From an uncultured Chlorobiales bacterium (GTDB taxonomy: Bacteria; Bacteroidota; Chlorobiia; Chlorobiales; Thermochlorobacteraceae): a DNA stretch of 55,023 nucleotides. This document shows, piece after piece, positions 10,137 through 18,444 of the stretch; the stretch's first letter is position 1; each line of letters opens with the position of its first letter. The notes under the pieces are model-generated. The model was not told where the DNA came from, made no database searches, and saw only the letters and a program-made list of their open reading frames with translations. Location of the stretch: NCBI GenBank assembly GCA_938003965.1, contig CALKXI010000008.1, positions 1 through 55,023 on the forward strand, written 5' to 3'. The translations under genes and the position numbers were made by a program.

Positions 10137-11612
10137 ATGCAATCTACAGACGCCACTTCAACTGCAGCACCAACTCGAACCTTCAAGCGCGAACTCGGCT
10201 TACGCTCTTCGACCATGATTGTGATGGGCTCGATGATTGGCTCTGGAATTTTCATCGTCAGTGCCGACATTGCGCGCACCGTCGGCTCGCCCGGAATGCT
10301 CCTTGTGGTTTGGGCAATTACAGGCATTATCACGCTGATTGCCGCGCTTTCTTACGGTGAACTTGCCGCCATGATGCCCGAAGCAGGCGGTCAGTATGTT
10401 TATCTGCGCGAAGCCTACAATCCGCTCATCGGATTTCTTTATGGATGGACGCTTTTTCTCGTGATTCAAACCGGCACGATAGCCGCCGTCGCCGTTGCTT
10501 TTGCAAAGTTTACAGGCATTTTCATTCCCGCATTGAGCGAAAAAAACATCCTCGTTTCATTTGGCAAGTTCAAAATTTCTGCGGCGCAACTCCTTGCAAT
10601 TTTCTCACTTGTGGTGCTGACGGCTATCAATGTGCGCGGCGTCAAAGAAGGCAAACTCATTCAAGACCTTTTGACGACGTCGAAAATCGTGGCACTCTTT
10701 GGCTTGATTTTGCTTGGGCTGTTCGTGGGAGCAAATGAAACGGCTATCAACGCCAACTTTGGCGAATCGTTTTGGAAAAGTTCGTGGACGAAAGTTGCTG
10801 ATGGAAAAATCATATCGGTTGAAACGCTTTCAGGTCTATCGCTATGGTCGGCGGTTGGGGTTGCTATGGTCGGCTCGCTCTTTTCGTCTGATGCATGGAA
10901 CAATATCACCTTTACGGCGGGCGAAGTCATCAATCCGAAACGCAACATTCCGCTCTCGCTTGGGCTTGGCACTGGCGCGGTAACGCTGATTTACTTGCTC
11001 GCAAATGTGAGTTATCTTGTTGTACTCCCGCTCAAAGGCTCGCCAGATGGTGCAGATGCGCTCGCGCGCGGAATCCAATTTGCTGACCTTGACCGTGTTG
11101 GTACAGCGGCAATGAACGTTGTTTTTGGCGACACCGCGCTCTTCGTTATGGCGGCGTTAATTATGATTTCCACATTCGGCTGTAACAACGGCTTGATTTT
11201 AGCAGGCGCGCGTGTCTATTACGCGATGGGCAACGATGGGCTTTTCTTCAAGAAAGCAGGCACGCTCAACAAAAAATCAGTTCCTGCCTTTGCGCTCGTC
11301 ATTCAATGTCTGTGGGCAAGTGTGCTGTGCCTGTCAGGCTCTTACGGTGATTTGCTCGACTATGTCGTTTTTGCCGTATTGCTCTTCTACATTCTCACGA
11401 TTGCAAGCATTTTCATTTTGCGCAAAACTAAGCCACATGCAGAGCGTCCGTATAAGGCGATTGGTTACCCTGTCTTGCCTCTGCTCTACATCGCTGTGGC
11501 GGGGGCAATTTGCATTGACTTGCTCATCTTTAAGCCAAACTACACCTATCCTGGACTCTTTATCGTGCTGTTGGGCGTGCCAGTATATTTTCTGTGGAAG
11601 AGGCAATCGTGA
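10137..11612 (+). CDS. APC-family amino acid permease
   Basis: MIGSGIF, YGELAAMMPEAGGQY, GEVINPKRNIP; many hydrophobic segments. Confidence 0.9.
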   Translation: MQSTDATSTAAPTRTFKRELGLRSSTMIVMGSMIGSGIFIVSADIARTVGSPGMLLVVWAITGIITLIAALSYGELAAMMPEAGGQYVYLREAYNPLIGFLYGWTLFLVIQTGTIAAVAVAFAKFTGIFIPALSEKNILVSFGKFKISAAQLLAIFSLVVLTAINVRGVKEGKLIQDLLTTSKIVALFGLILLGLFVGANETAINANFGESFWKSSWTKVADGKIISVETLSGLSLWSAVGVAMVGSLFSSDAWNNITFTAGEVINPKRNIPLSLGLGTGAVTLIYLLANVSYLVVLPLKGSPDGADALARGIQFADLDRVGTAAMNVVFGDTALFVMAALIMISTFGCNNGLILAGARVYYAMGNDGLFFKKAGTLNKKSVPAFALVIQCLWASVLCLSGSYGDLLDYVVFAVLLFYILTIASIFILRKTKPHAERPYKAIGYPVLPLLYIAVAGAICIDLLIFKPNYTYPGLFIVLLGVPVYFLWKRQS

Positions 11613-11639
11613 TTCATCCACAACTTAAAAAGCAATCTC

Positions 11640-12635
11640 ATGGTAGCGCATCTGCAACGCTTTTTGACCTCGCTGAAAACCGAGCGCATGCTCTCGGAAC
11701 ACACGGTAACGGCGTATCAAAACGACCTTGCGCAGTTCGTGCAGTTTCTCAAAGCGCATTTTGAAGTGCAAGATGAATCGGAAATTCCGCTTCATCAAAT
11801 TGACGCGCTCACGATTCGGCTCTTTTTAGGTGAGTTGTTGGAAAAAGGCTACGAGGCGCGCACGATTGGGCGCAAGCTGGCATCGGTTAAAACCTTCTTC
11901 AAGTTTCTCGTCTCGCTCAAAGTGTTGGCGTCGTCGCCTGCCTCGAGCGTAAGCACGCCAAAAACCAGTAAACGCCTTCCGACTTTTTTGAGCGAAGCAC
12001 AAACACAAAGGCTCTTTGAAGAAACCCTTGCTGCTTTGGACGACTCAACTTTTGAAGGCGCACGCGATAAAGCCATTCTGGAGCTTTTTTATGGTGCAGG
12101 CTTACGCCTTTCAGAGCTAATTGGGCTAAACACGAGCGACCTTGACCTCGAGCAAGGCTTTGTGAAAGTGCTCGGAAAAGGCAAAAAGCAACGCATCGTG
12201 CCAATTGGAAAATCGGCTATTTCGGCACTGAAGAAATACTTTGAAGTGCAGCGAAACTTTGATACGTTACATCGTATGAAAAAAGAGAAACATCAAAGGG
12301 AAATACCTGAAAAGCACTCTAATCAGAAGACGACACCAGCAAACGACGTTCAAAAAATATATCCTGTATTCATTACCGAGAAAGGAAAACGAGTTTATCC
12401 AGTTCTTCTGCAACGGTTGGTCAAAAAATACCTTTCAACCGTAACTGAGCAGAAGAAAAAGAGTCCTCATATTTTGCGACACACTTTTGCAACGCACTTG
12501 CTCAACAGCGGAGCCGACTTGCGAAGCGTGAGCGAAATGTTGGGGCATAGTCATCTATCAACAACTGAAATCTATACTCATATTACTTTTGAACGATTAA
12601 AAGAAACCTACAACAAGGCTCATCCGAAAGCCTAA
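11640..12635 (+). CDS. xerC: Tyrosine recombinase XerC
   Basis: GLRLSE (R), GKGKK (K), HILRH, LGH, TTEIYTH (Y), C-terminal HPKA; lies directly upstream of hpf. Confidence 0.88.
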   Translation: MVAHLQRFLTSLKTERMLSEHTVTAYQNDLAQFVQFLKAHFEVQDESEIPLHQIDALTIRLFLGELLEKGYEARTIGRKLASVKTFFKFLVSLKVLASSPASSVSTPKTSKRLPTFLSEAQTQRLFEETLAALDDSTFEGARDKAILELFYGAGLRLSELIGLNTSDLDLEQGFVKVLGKGKKQRIVPIGKSAISALKKYFEVQRNFDTLHRMKKEKHQREIPEKHSNQKTTPANDVQKIYPVFITEKGKRVYPVLLQRLVKKYLSTVTEQKKKSPHILRHTFATHLLNSGADLRSVSEMLGHSHLSTTEIYTHITFERLKETYNKAHPKA

Positions 12636-12765
12636 TCCGCTTTGAAGATGGTGAGCAATAAACCCGCGTCGCCACAGTGGCGAAGCGAATTTCAGCTAAA
12701 CTTATCTTGAAAGGAATGCCATTATGGGAAAGCAACATCTTAACGGGCACACCCATGAAAACAAA

Positions 12766-13065
12766 ATGCGGGTTCAATTTACCCTCCGCCATGCGAAAAG
12801 CCACCCTGAAATCGAACGCTACGCCCGAGAAGCCGTATTGGAACTTGATAAGTATTACAATGGCGTTACCGATTGCCACATTATTCTTGACCACCAAAAG
12901 CACGATGCAGTAACGAACAAGCGAGCAGAAATCACGGCGCATGTGCATAACCACACCTTCGTCTCAAAACAAGCGGCGCCGACCTACCAGCAAGCTATCG
13001 ATTTGTGTGTCGAGCACATCTGCCGACAACTTCAAAAACACAAAGAAAAAATTAGACATCTCTAA
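12766..13065 (+). CDS. hpf: Ribosome hibernation promoting factor (short HPF/RaiA)
   Basis: 99 aa; FTLRH...NKRAEITAHV...AIDLCVEHICRQLQKHKEK; position between xerC and hprK. Confidence 0.82.
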   Translation: MRVQFTLRHAKSHPEIERYAREAVLELDKYYNGVTDCHIILDHQKHDAVTNKRAEITAHVHNHTFVSKQAAPTYQQAIDLCVEHICRQLQKHKEKIRHL

Positions 13066-13072
13066 TCGTTCA

Positions 13073-13125
13073 GTCATGATGAACAGCGTGCTACGAAGTG
13101 CAAGGTAGCAGGCTGTTCATCAGAC
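13073..13125 (+). other. Strong intergenic hairpin without U-tract (hpf-hprK)
   Basis: TGATGAACAGC (13077-87) pairs with GCTGTTCATCA (13112-22); inner TGCTAC/GTAGCA. Confidence 0.7.
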
Positions 13126-13156
13126 AAAGTCAACTTGCGGACTGCACCATGGAGCA

Positions 13157-14221
13157 ATGGATTTCAACAAAGAACCGCTAAAGAAGAGAGCCATTACCGT
13201 TGCTGAACTCTACAATGCGCTCACCGAGCGACTCGGTGTGTCATTAGAGCGGCTCAATAAGGTCAGCATGAATCGAAAAATCGTGGAGCGTGATATTCAT
13301 CGACCTGGACTTGCGCTTGCAGGCTTTACCAATCTTTTCACTTATCGGCGCGTTCAAATTTTAGGCAACACCGAGTCGCGCTTCCTTAAACAGTTCACCC
13401 CCGAAAAACGATGTGAAGTCTTTGCAAACATTACCCCATACAAAATTCCTTGCATTTGCATCACCGACGCAAATGATTTTGATGAAGACCTTCTGAAAAT
13501 GGCTACCGAAGCGCGTATTCCTGTCTTTCGCACCTCCCTTTCAACAACGAAGTTTATTTACTTAGTTACAGATTTTTTAGATGACCAGTTCGCACCCTAT
13601 CAAATCTTTCATGGCTCAATGGTCGATGTCTATGGCATTGGAATGTTCTTCGCTGGTCGAAGCGGCATTGGAAAATCGGAAATTGCGTTAGATTTGGTCG
13701 AGCGCGGACATCGGCTTGTTGCTGACGATGCTGTCGTTATCACGCGTAAGGGTGAATCGGTTTTAATGGCGAGCGGAACAGATGTGATGGGGCACTTCAT
13801 GGAAATTCGTGGCTTGGGCTTTATTAACGTTGAAAAAATTTTTGGTGTGCGCGCCGTGCGCTACCAAAAACGCCTCGAACTCGTTGTTGAACTCATGGAA
13901 TGGGACAGCAAAACCGAATACGACCGAACAGGACTTGCGCCGAAAAGTATCAGTATTCTTGGCGTGCCCGTTCAGCATATTCAACTCCCAATTTATCCCG
14001 GGAAAAACATCACCGTCATTGCGGAAGTGATAGCACTGAACTATCTTCTCAAACACTACGGCTACGACCCAGCGCAAGAATTGGATAAGCGCATTTTGGA
14101 AAAAATTGCAGAGCAATCCAAAGGCGGCAAGAAAAAGAAATTTTCGTTCAGCGCAAATAAAGTCAAGTGCAATCCCAAAAAAGACCGAGCCATTGAATAC
14201 TTCGAGCACGATTTCGAGTAA
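13157..14221 (+). CDS. hprK: HPr(Ser) kinase/phosphorylase
   Basis: RPGLALAG, GRSGIGKSE Walker A, LVADDAV, MEIRGLG, PGKN. Confidence 0.96.
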   Translation: MDFNKEPLKKRAITVAELYNALTERLGVSLERLNKVSMNRKIVERDIHRPGLALAGFTNLFTYRRVQILGNTESRFLKQFTPEKRCEVFANITPYKIPCICITDANDFDEDLLKMATEARIPVFRTSLSTTKFIYLVTDFLDDQFAPYQIFHGSMVDVYGIGMFFAGRSGIGKSEIALDLVERGHRLVADDAVVITRKGESVLMASGTDVMGHFMEIRGLGFINVEKIFGVRAVRYQKRLELVVELMEWDSKTEYDRTGLAPKSISILGVPVQHIQLPIYPGKNITVIAEVIALNYLLKHYGYDPAQELDKRILEKIAEQSKGGKKKKFSFSANKVKCNPKKDRAIEYFEHDFE

Positions 14222-14282
14222 CCGCTCGAAAACATTCTCAAGCAAACTTTTCATAACTTTTCAAATAAAACCAGCAACGAAA

Positions 14283-16016
14283 ATGACTCACACCTACATT
14301 CGTGTTCTTTGCCTACTTTTGGTGCTCTTCACCGTCGCCTGTCAAAAGAAAGACGGCGAAAAATCACAAGCGAGTAACGCCCTAGCCACAACCCTCGTGC
14401 TCGCTGACCGAAGCGACGTCGACAACTTTAACCCCATCATTAGCTCGACGCTCTCAGGCGGCAACGCCATCTCAATGATTTATCCTGGAATCACCACTGC
14501 TACATTCGATACTGCCACTGGCATCCTCGTCTATCAACCTGCTGTTGCAAAAAGTTGGACCATTTCCCCTGACTTCAAGTCTATTACATACAACTTGCGC
14601 GGCGATGTGAAATGGACCGACGGCACGCCGCTTACCTCGCACGACTTCAAATTTAGCTATCAACTCTACGGCGACACCATCATTGCCAGTGCGCGTCAAG
14701 ATTACCTCGAGAACTTCGTCAAACTCCGTGATAAAAAAGGCAACCCAACCGACATTGTCGATTTCGACAAAGCTATCTTGACCCCAAACGACACCACGCT
14801 CATTTTCAACTTCGATAAGCCTGTTGCAAAACATCTCATCGAGTTCCATACCTCGCTGACCCCAATTCCAAAACATGTTTGGAAAGATGTCAAACCAAGC
14901 GAGTTTCGCTCGAGCGAGTTAAACGCAAACCCGACCGTCAGTTGCGGACCGTTCAAGTTCAAAGAGTGGAAACGCCAACAAGAATTTACCGTCGTCTCAA
15001 ACCCCGATTACAATGTGCCTGCGCCCGGCAAAATCCCAACCATCACCATGCGCATCATTCCTGAATACACCACGCAACTTACCCAACTCAAAACTGGTGC
15101 GATTGATGTGATGGACGGCATTAAACCCGAAGACGCAATTAAAATCGAGAAAGAAAATCCTGAAATCGATATTCGCACCGTCAAGTATCGAACCTATTCT
15201 TACCTCATGCTCTCCAACATCGATTGCAAAGCCTATCAAGAGGGCAAGCAAATCAAACCGCACCCGCTTTTCGGCACGAAGAAAACGCGCCTTGCAATTG
15301 CTATGGCAATCGACCGCGAAAAAATTTTAGACGGATACTACTTCGGAAAATATGCCGAGCTTATGACCTCACCGATTTCGCCTGCTTTCAAGTGGGCGTT
15401 CAATAGCGATATTAAGCCGTATCCTTACGACCCTAAGCGCGCCAAAGAACTGCTCGCCGAAGACGGCTGGAAAATCGGAACCGACGGCATTTTGGAACGC
15501 GATGGCGTTAAGTTTTCATTCACGCTACACATCTCAAAAGGCGCAACCGCAGGCGAATACATGGCGCCGATTATTCAGCAAAGCCTCAAAGAACTTGGCA
15601 TTGATTGCAAAATTGAAGTCCTCGAGTTCAATGTCTTCGTAGAAAAAGGACGCAAGCATGAGTTAGACGCCTCGCTCAATGGGCTGAGCGTCGGGCTGGA
15701 AATTGACCTTGCGCCGACCTTCGGAAGCGATTTGAACAAAGCGGCGTTCAACTCGGCAGGCTACATCAACAAGCGCGTCGATGAACTCAACAAGTTGGCG
15801 CAGTCCAAACTCTTGCGCGAAGAAGCCGCACCGTATTGGAAAGAATTTCAACAAATTTTTCATGACGATGTGCCGTTTGTGCCAATGTTTTGGGGTAGTC
15901 GCGTCGTCGGATTCAACAAGCGCGTGATTGGCGAGAATCCCGACATTCTCTCCATTTACACCGACCTCGACAAATGGACGCTCTCGACCATGCCCGCGCA
16001 AGTGAGCGTGAAATAA
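14283..16016 (+). CDS. Family-5 (Opp/Dpp-type) ABC substrate-binding lipoprotein
   Basis: Lipobox FTVAC after hydrophobic signal; AKSWTIS..YNLRGDVKWTDGTPLTSHD family-5 signature; GPFKF; ATG 14283. Confidence 0.9.
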   Translation: MTHTYIRVLCLLLVLFTVACQKKDGEKSQASNALATTLVLADRSDVDNFNPIISSTLSGGNAISMIYPGITTATFDTATGILVYQPAVAKSWTISPDFKSITYNLRGDVKWTDGTPLTSHDFKFSYQLYGDTIIASARQDYLENFVKLRDKKGNPTDIVDFDKAILTPNDTTLIFNFDKPVAKHLIEFHTSLTPIPKHVWKDVKPSEFRSSELNANPTVSCGPFKFKEWKRQQEFTVVSNPDYNVPAPGKIPTITMRIIPEYTTQLTQLKTGAIDVMDGIKPEDAIKIEKENPEIDIRTVKYRTYSYLMLSNIDCKAYQEGKQIKPHPLFGTKKTRLAIAMAIDREKILDGYYFGKYAELMTSPISPAFKWAFNSDIKPYPYDPKRAKELLAEDGWKIGTDGILERDGVKFSFTLHISKGATAGEYMAPIIQQSLKELGIDCKIEVLEFNVFVEKGRKHELDASLNGLSVGLEIDLAPTFGSDLNKAAFNSAGYINKRVDELNKLAQSKLLREEAAPYWKEFQQIFHDDVPFVPMFWGSRVVGFNKRVIGENPDILSIYTDLDKWTLSTMPAQVSVK

Positions 16017-16088
16017 GCCTCAGGCAAGGCATGAAATGGCGAAAGTAAAAAGAAGGAAAACTCTATCAACGACAAAACTTTTTGAGCC

Positions 16089-17054
16089 ATGTTCAGTTAT
16101 GTGCTTCGCCGTGTCTTGGGCGCAATTCCGTTGGTGTTCGGCGTCTTAACGCTGACGTTCTTCATCATTCGACTTGCGCCTGGCGACCCCGCCTCGTTTT
16201 TCATTCAGCCCGGCGTCTCGCCCAAAGTCGCTGAACAAATGCGCGAACAATACGGCTTGAACGACCCGCTCATCATTCAATACTTCAAGTGGCTTGGAAA
16301 TATCTTGCAAGGCGATTTCGGACGCAGTTTTAGCCGACATCAACCTGTTTTCGATGTGATTCTCGAAGCCGTTCCGATTACCGTTTCACTCGCGCTAATT
16401 GGAATCACGATGCAGTTTATTTTTGGCATTCTGCTCGGCGTGATTTCCGCCATTAAGCAAGGCACAAAGTTAGACAGAACGCTGACGGTCTCCGCGCTCT
16501 TCATTTACTCCATGCCCGAATTTTGGCTTTCGCTGATGCTCATTATTCTCTTTTCGCTCAAACTTGGCTGGTTTCCTGCATCAAATCTCAACAGCATCGG
16601 TGCGGATTCGCTCAGCACGTTTGAGTTCATTTTAGACCGATTGCATCACTTGGTGTTGCCTATTTTCGTTTTGAGTTTGGGTGGTATTGCGGGATTGGCG
16701 CGATATGTGCGCGGACAAATGCTCGAGGTGATTCGTCAAGATTACATTCGCACCGCGCGCGCCAAAGGGCTGAGCGAAAAAATCGTCATCTTCAAACACG
16801 CTTTGCGCAACGCGCTCTTGCCCGTCGTTACCATTCTCGGCGGCTCGCTTCCGGCTTTGTTCAGCGGTGCGCTCTTTATTGAAGTCATTTTCGCCATTCC
16901 CGGCATGGGGCGCATCGCGGTTGAAGCCGTCTTCGCGCGAGACTATCCGCTCATCATTGCCAATACCTTCATTTCAGGAACGTTAATCGTGTTGGGTAAC
17001 TTATTAGCCGATGTCTTGTATGGAATTGTCGACCCAAGAATCAAACTCGGTTAA
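16089..17054 (+). CDS. Peptide ABC transporter permease (OppB/DppB type)
   Basis: LAPGDPA, GDFGRS, QDYIRTARAKGL loop, HALRNA, DPRI. Confidence 0.93.
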   Translation: MFSYVLRRVLGAIPLVFGVLTLTFFIIRLAPGDPASFFIQPGVSPKVAEQMREQYGLNDPLIIQYFKWLGNILQGDFGRSFSRHQPVFDVILEAVPITVSLALIGITMQFIFGILLGVISAIKQGTKLDRTLTVSALFIYSMPEFWLSLMLIILFSLKLGWFPASNLNSIGADSLSTFEFILDRLHHLVLPIFVLSLGGIAGLARYVRGQMLEVIRQDYIRTARAKGLSEKIVIFKHALRNALLPVVTILGGSLPALFSGALFIEVIFAIPGMGRIAVEAVFARDYPLIIANTFISGTLIVLGNLLADVLYGIVDPRIKLG

Positions 17055-17056
17055 AA

Positions 17057-17737
17057 ATGAAAAGGCAGATTTTTCAAGTGGGATTATATGTGTGGTTTGT
17101 TGGCGTGATTGTCTTTGCAATTGCCTCGCCGAATAAAGTTGGAATGTTGGCTGAAACGACGAAGAACATTTACTTCCACGTGCCGATGGCGATTACCGCT
17201 GTGGTTGCATTTTTTACATCGGTCTGGTTCAGCGTCAAGTATCTCAAAACGCGCGACTTGGAAAGCGACATGAAAGCCGAAGCCGCATCAGGCTTGGGAT
17301 TTCTGTTCAACATCTTGGCAATGATTACAGGCGCGATTTGGGCGAAAGTAACTTGGGGCGCGTTCTGGCACTGGGACCCACGACAGACGACCATCTTTTT
17401 AGTCTTCTTGATGTATTCCGCCTACTTCGCTTTGCGCAGTGCTGTAGATTCGGCAGAAAAACGTGCGACGCTCTCGAGCGTTTATAGCATCTTCTCATTT
17501 CCTGCACTCATTTTTCTTTACTTTGTGTTGCCGCGTCTTGTGCCCGGCTTGCACCCCGGCTCGCCCGAAGGCGGAGAAGCAGGCATTAACCCTGCCGTTT
17601 CATCAACCACCGACCCGACCATTCGTGCCGTGCTTTATTGCTCCATGCTCGGCTTCATCGCGCTCTTCTTTTGGCTACACAGCCTTCGTGTTCGACAAAT
17701 GAAATTGGCAGAAAAGGTAAGTTTAACTCGAGCATGA
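17057..17737 (+). CDS. ccmC: Cytochrome c maturation heme exporter CcmC
   Basis: YFHVP and LHP heme-ligand histidines; Trp-rich WAKVTWGAFWHWDPR (WWD) motif; 226 aa membrane protein. Confidence 0.85.
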   Translation: MKRQIFQVGLYVWFVGVIVFAIASPNKVGMLAETTKNIYFHVPMAITAVVAFFTSVWFSVKYLKTRDLESDMKAEAASGLGFLFNILAMITGAIWAKVTWGAFWHWDPRQTTIFLVFLMYSAYFALRSAVDSAEKRATLSSVYSIFSFPALIFLYFVLPRLVPGLHPGSPEGGEAGINPAVSSTTDPTIRAVLYCSMLGFIALFFWLHSLRVRQMKLAEKVSLTRA

Positions 17738-18299
17738 GAAGTATGAAAAACCCGATTGTGGTTGACAAAGAAATTCTGGGAGGAACGCCCGTCTTCGCAC
17801 AAACAAGAGTGCCCGTCCAAATTTTATTAGACTACTTGGAAGGCGGAGAAACGATTGATGATTTCTTAGAAGGATTTCCTTCGGTGTCGCGAGAACAGGT
17901 TATTGCATTTTTGGAAATTGTCAAGGACAAAATGATAGCCGAACTCACCCCTGCTCAAAATGACCATACTGCTTGATGAAAACTTAGATAAGCGTCTTGC
18001 AAATCAACTTCAAGCCTACAGCATAAAAACGGTTCAGCAAATGGGTTGGGCAGGCATGAAAAATGGTCAACTCTTGCAAGTGATGAAAGATAAGTTTGAC
18101 GTTTTTATTACCGCCGACCAGAACTTAATCTCGCAGCAAGATAACGCGCTTGTAAGTGAAATAGCCATCATTGTATTGAAAGCCAAAACGAATCGTCTCA
18201 AAGACCATCTACCGCTGATTCCTAAAATTCAACAGGCTCTCTCAGAGATTGAGAAGGACAAGTTATTTGTGTTCAATAAACAACAAATCTCATGCTTGA
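17728..18299. repeat. 12-bp imperfect inverted repeat pair flanking the TA module
   Basis: TCGAGCATGAGA (17728-17739) vs TCTCATGCTTGA (18288-18299): 11/12 reverse-complement match, the mismatch would be G-U in RNA. Confidence 0.5.
17734..17976 (+). CDS. DUF433-family antitoxin
   Basis: ILGGTPVFAQTRVPVQILLDYLEGGETIDDFLEGFPSVSREQV; ATGA overlap with ccmC stop (alternative ATG 17743). Confidence 0.9.
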   Translation: MRSMKNPIVVDKEILGGTPVFAQTRVPVQILLDYLEGGETIDDFLEGFPSVSREQVIAFLEIVKDKMIAELTPAQNDHTA

Positions 18300-18346
18300 T
18301 TTCCTCGTTCAGAACTCCATCTATGTTGTGCTCATCATCGTGCTGA
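17960..18346 (+). CDS. DUF5615/VapC45-like PIN toxin (C-terminus probably frameshifted)
   Basis: ILLDENL, GWAGMKNGQLL, FDVFITADQN; overlaps the antitoxin; tail runs into ccmD. Confidence 0.85.
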   Translation: MTILLDENLDKRLANQLQAYSIKTVQQMGWAGMKNGQLLQVMKDKFDVFITADQNLISQQDNALVSEIAIIVLKAKTNRLKDHLPLIPKIQQALSEIEKDKLFVFNKQQISCLISSFRTPSMLCSSSC

Positions 18347-18444
18347 TTATTTGGTCGGGCGTGTTCCTCTACCTCTTTCGCCTCGATAAAAAACTCACCG
18401 AACTCGAGAAACTTGTCGCCGAAAAAGAAGAAGAGGAGCGTTAG
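18292..18444 (+). CDS. ccmD: CcmD-family small membrane protein (50 aa)
   Basis: Hand-translated MLDFLVQNSIYVVLIIVLIIWSGVFLYLFRLDKKLTELEKLVAEKEEEER: one TM helix, YLFRLDKKL, charged tail; downstream of ccmC; below the ORF-track cutoff. Confidence 0.8.
   Translation: MLDFLVQNSIYVVLIIVLIIWSGVFLYLFRLDKKLTELEKLVAEKEEEER

Noticed and set aside
11640-12635. Tyrosine recombinase as a mobile-element integrase
   Set aside because: XerC-type features and housekeeping context (hpf-hprK); no att repeats or cargo, and no dif-like site recognised
17638-17733. Long N-terminus of the DUF433 ORF in the track
   Set aside because: Lies within ccmC; the ATGA-coupled start at 17734 gives a typical 80-aa protein
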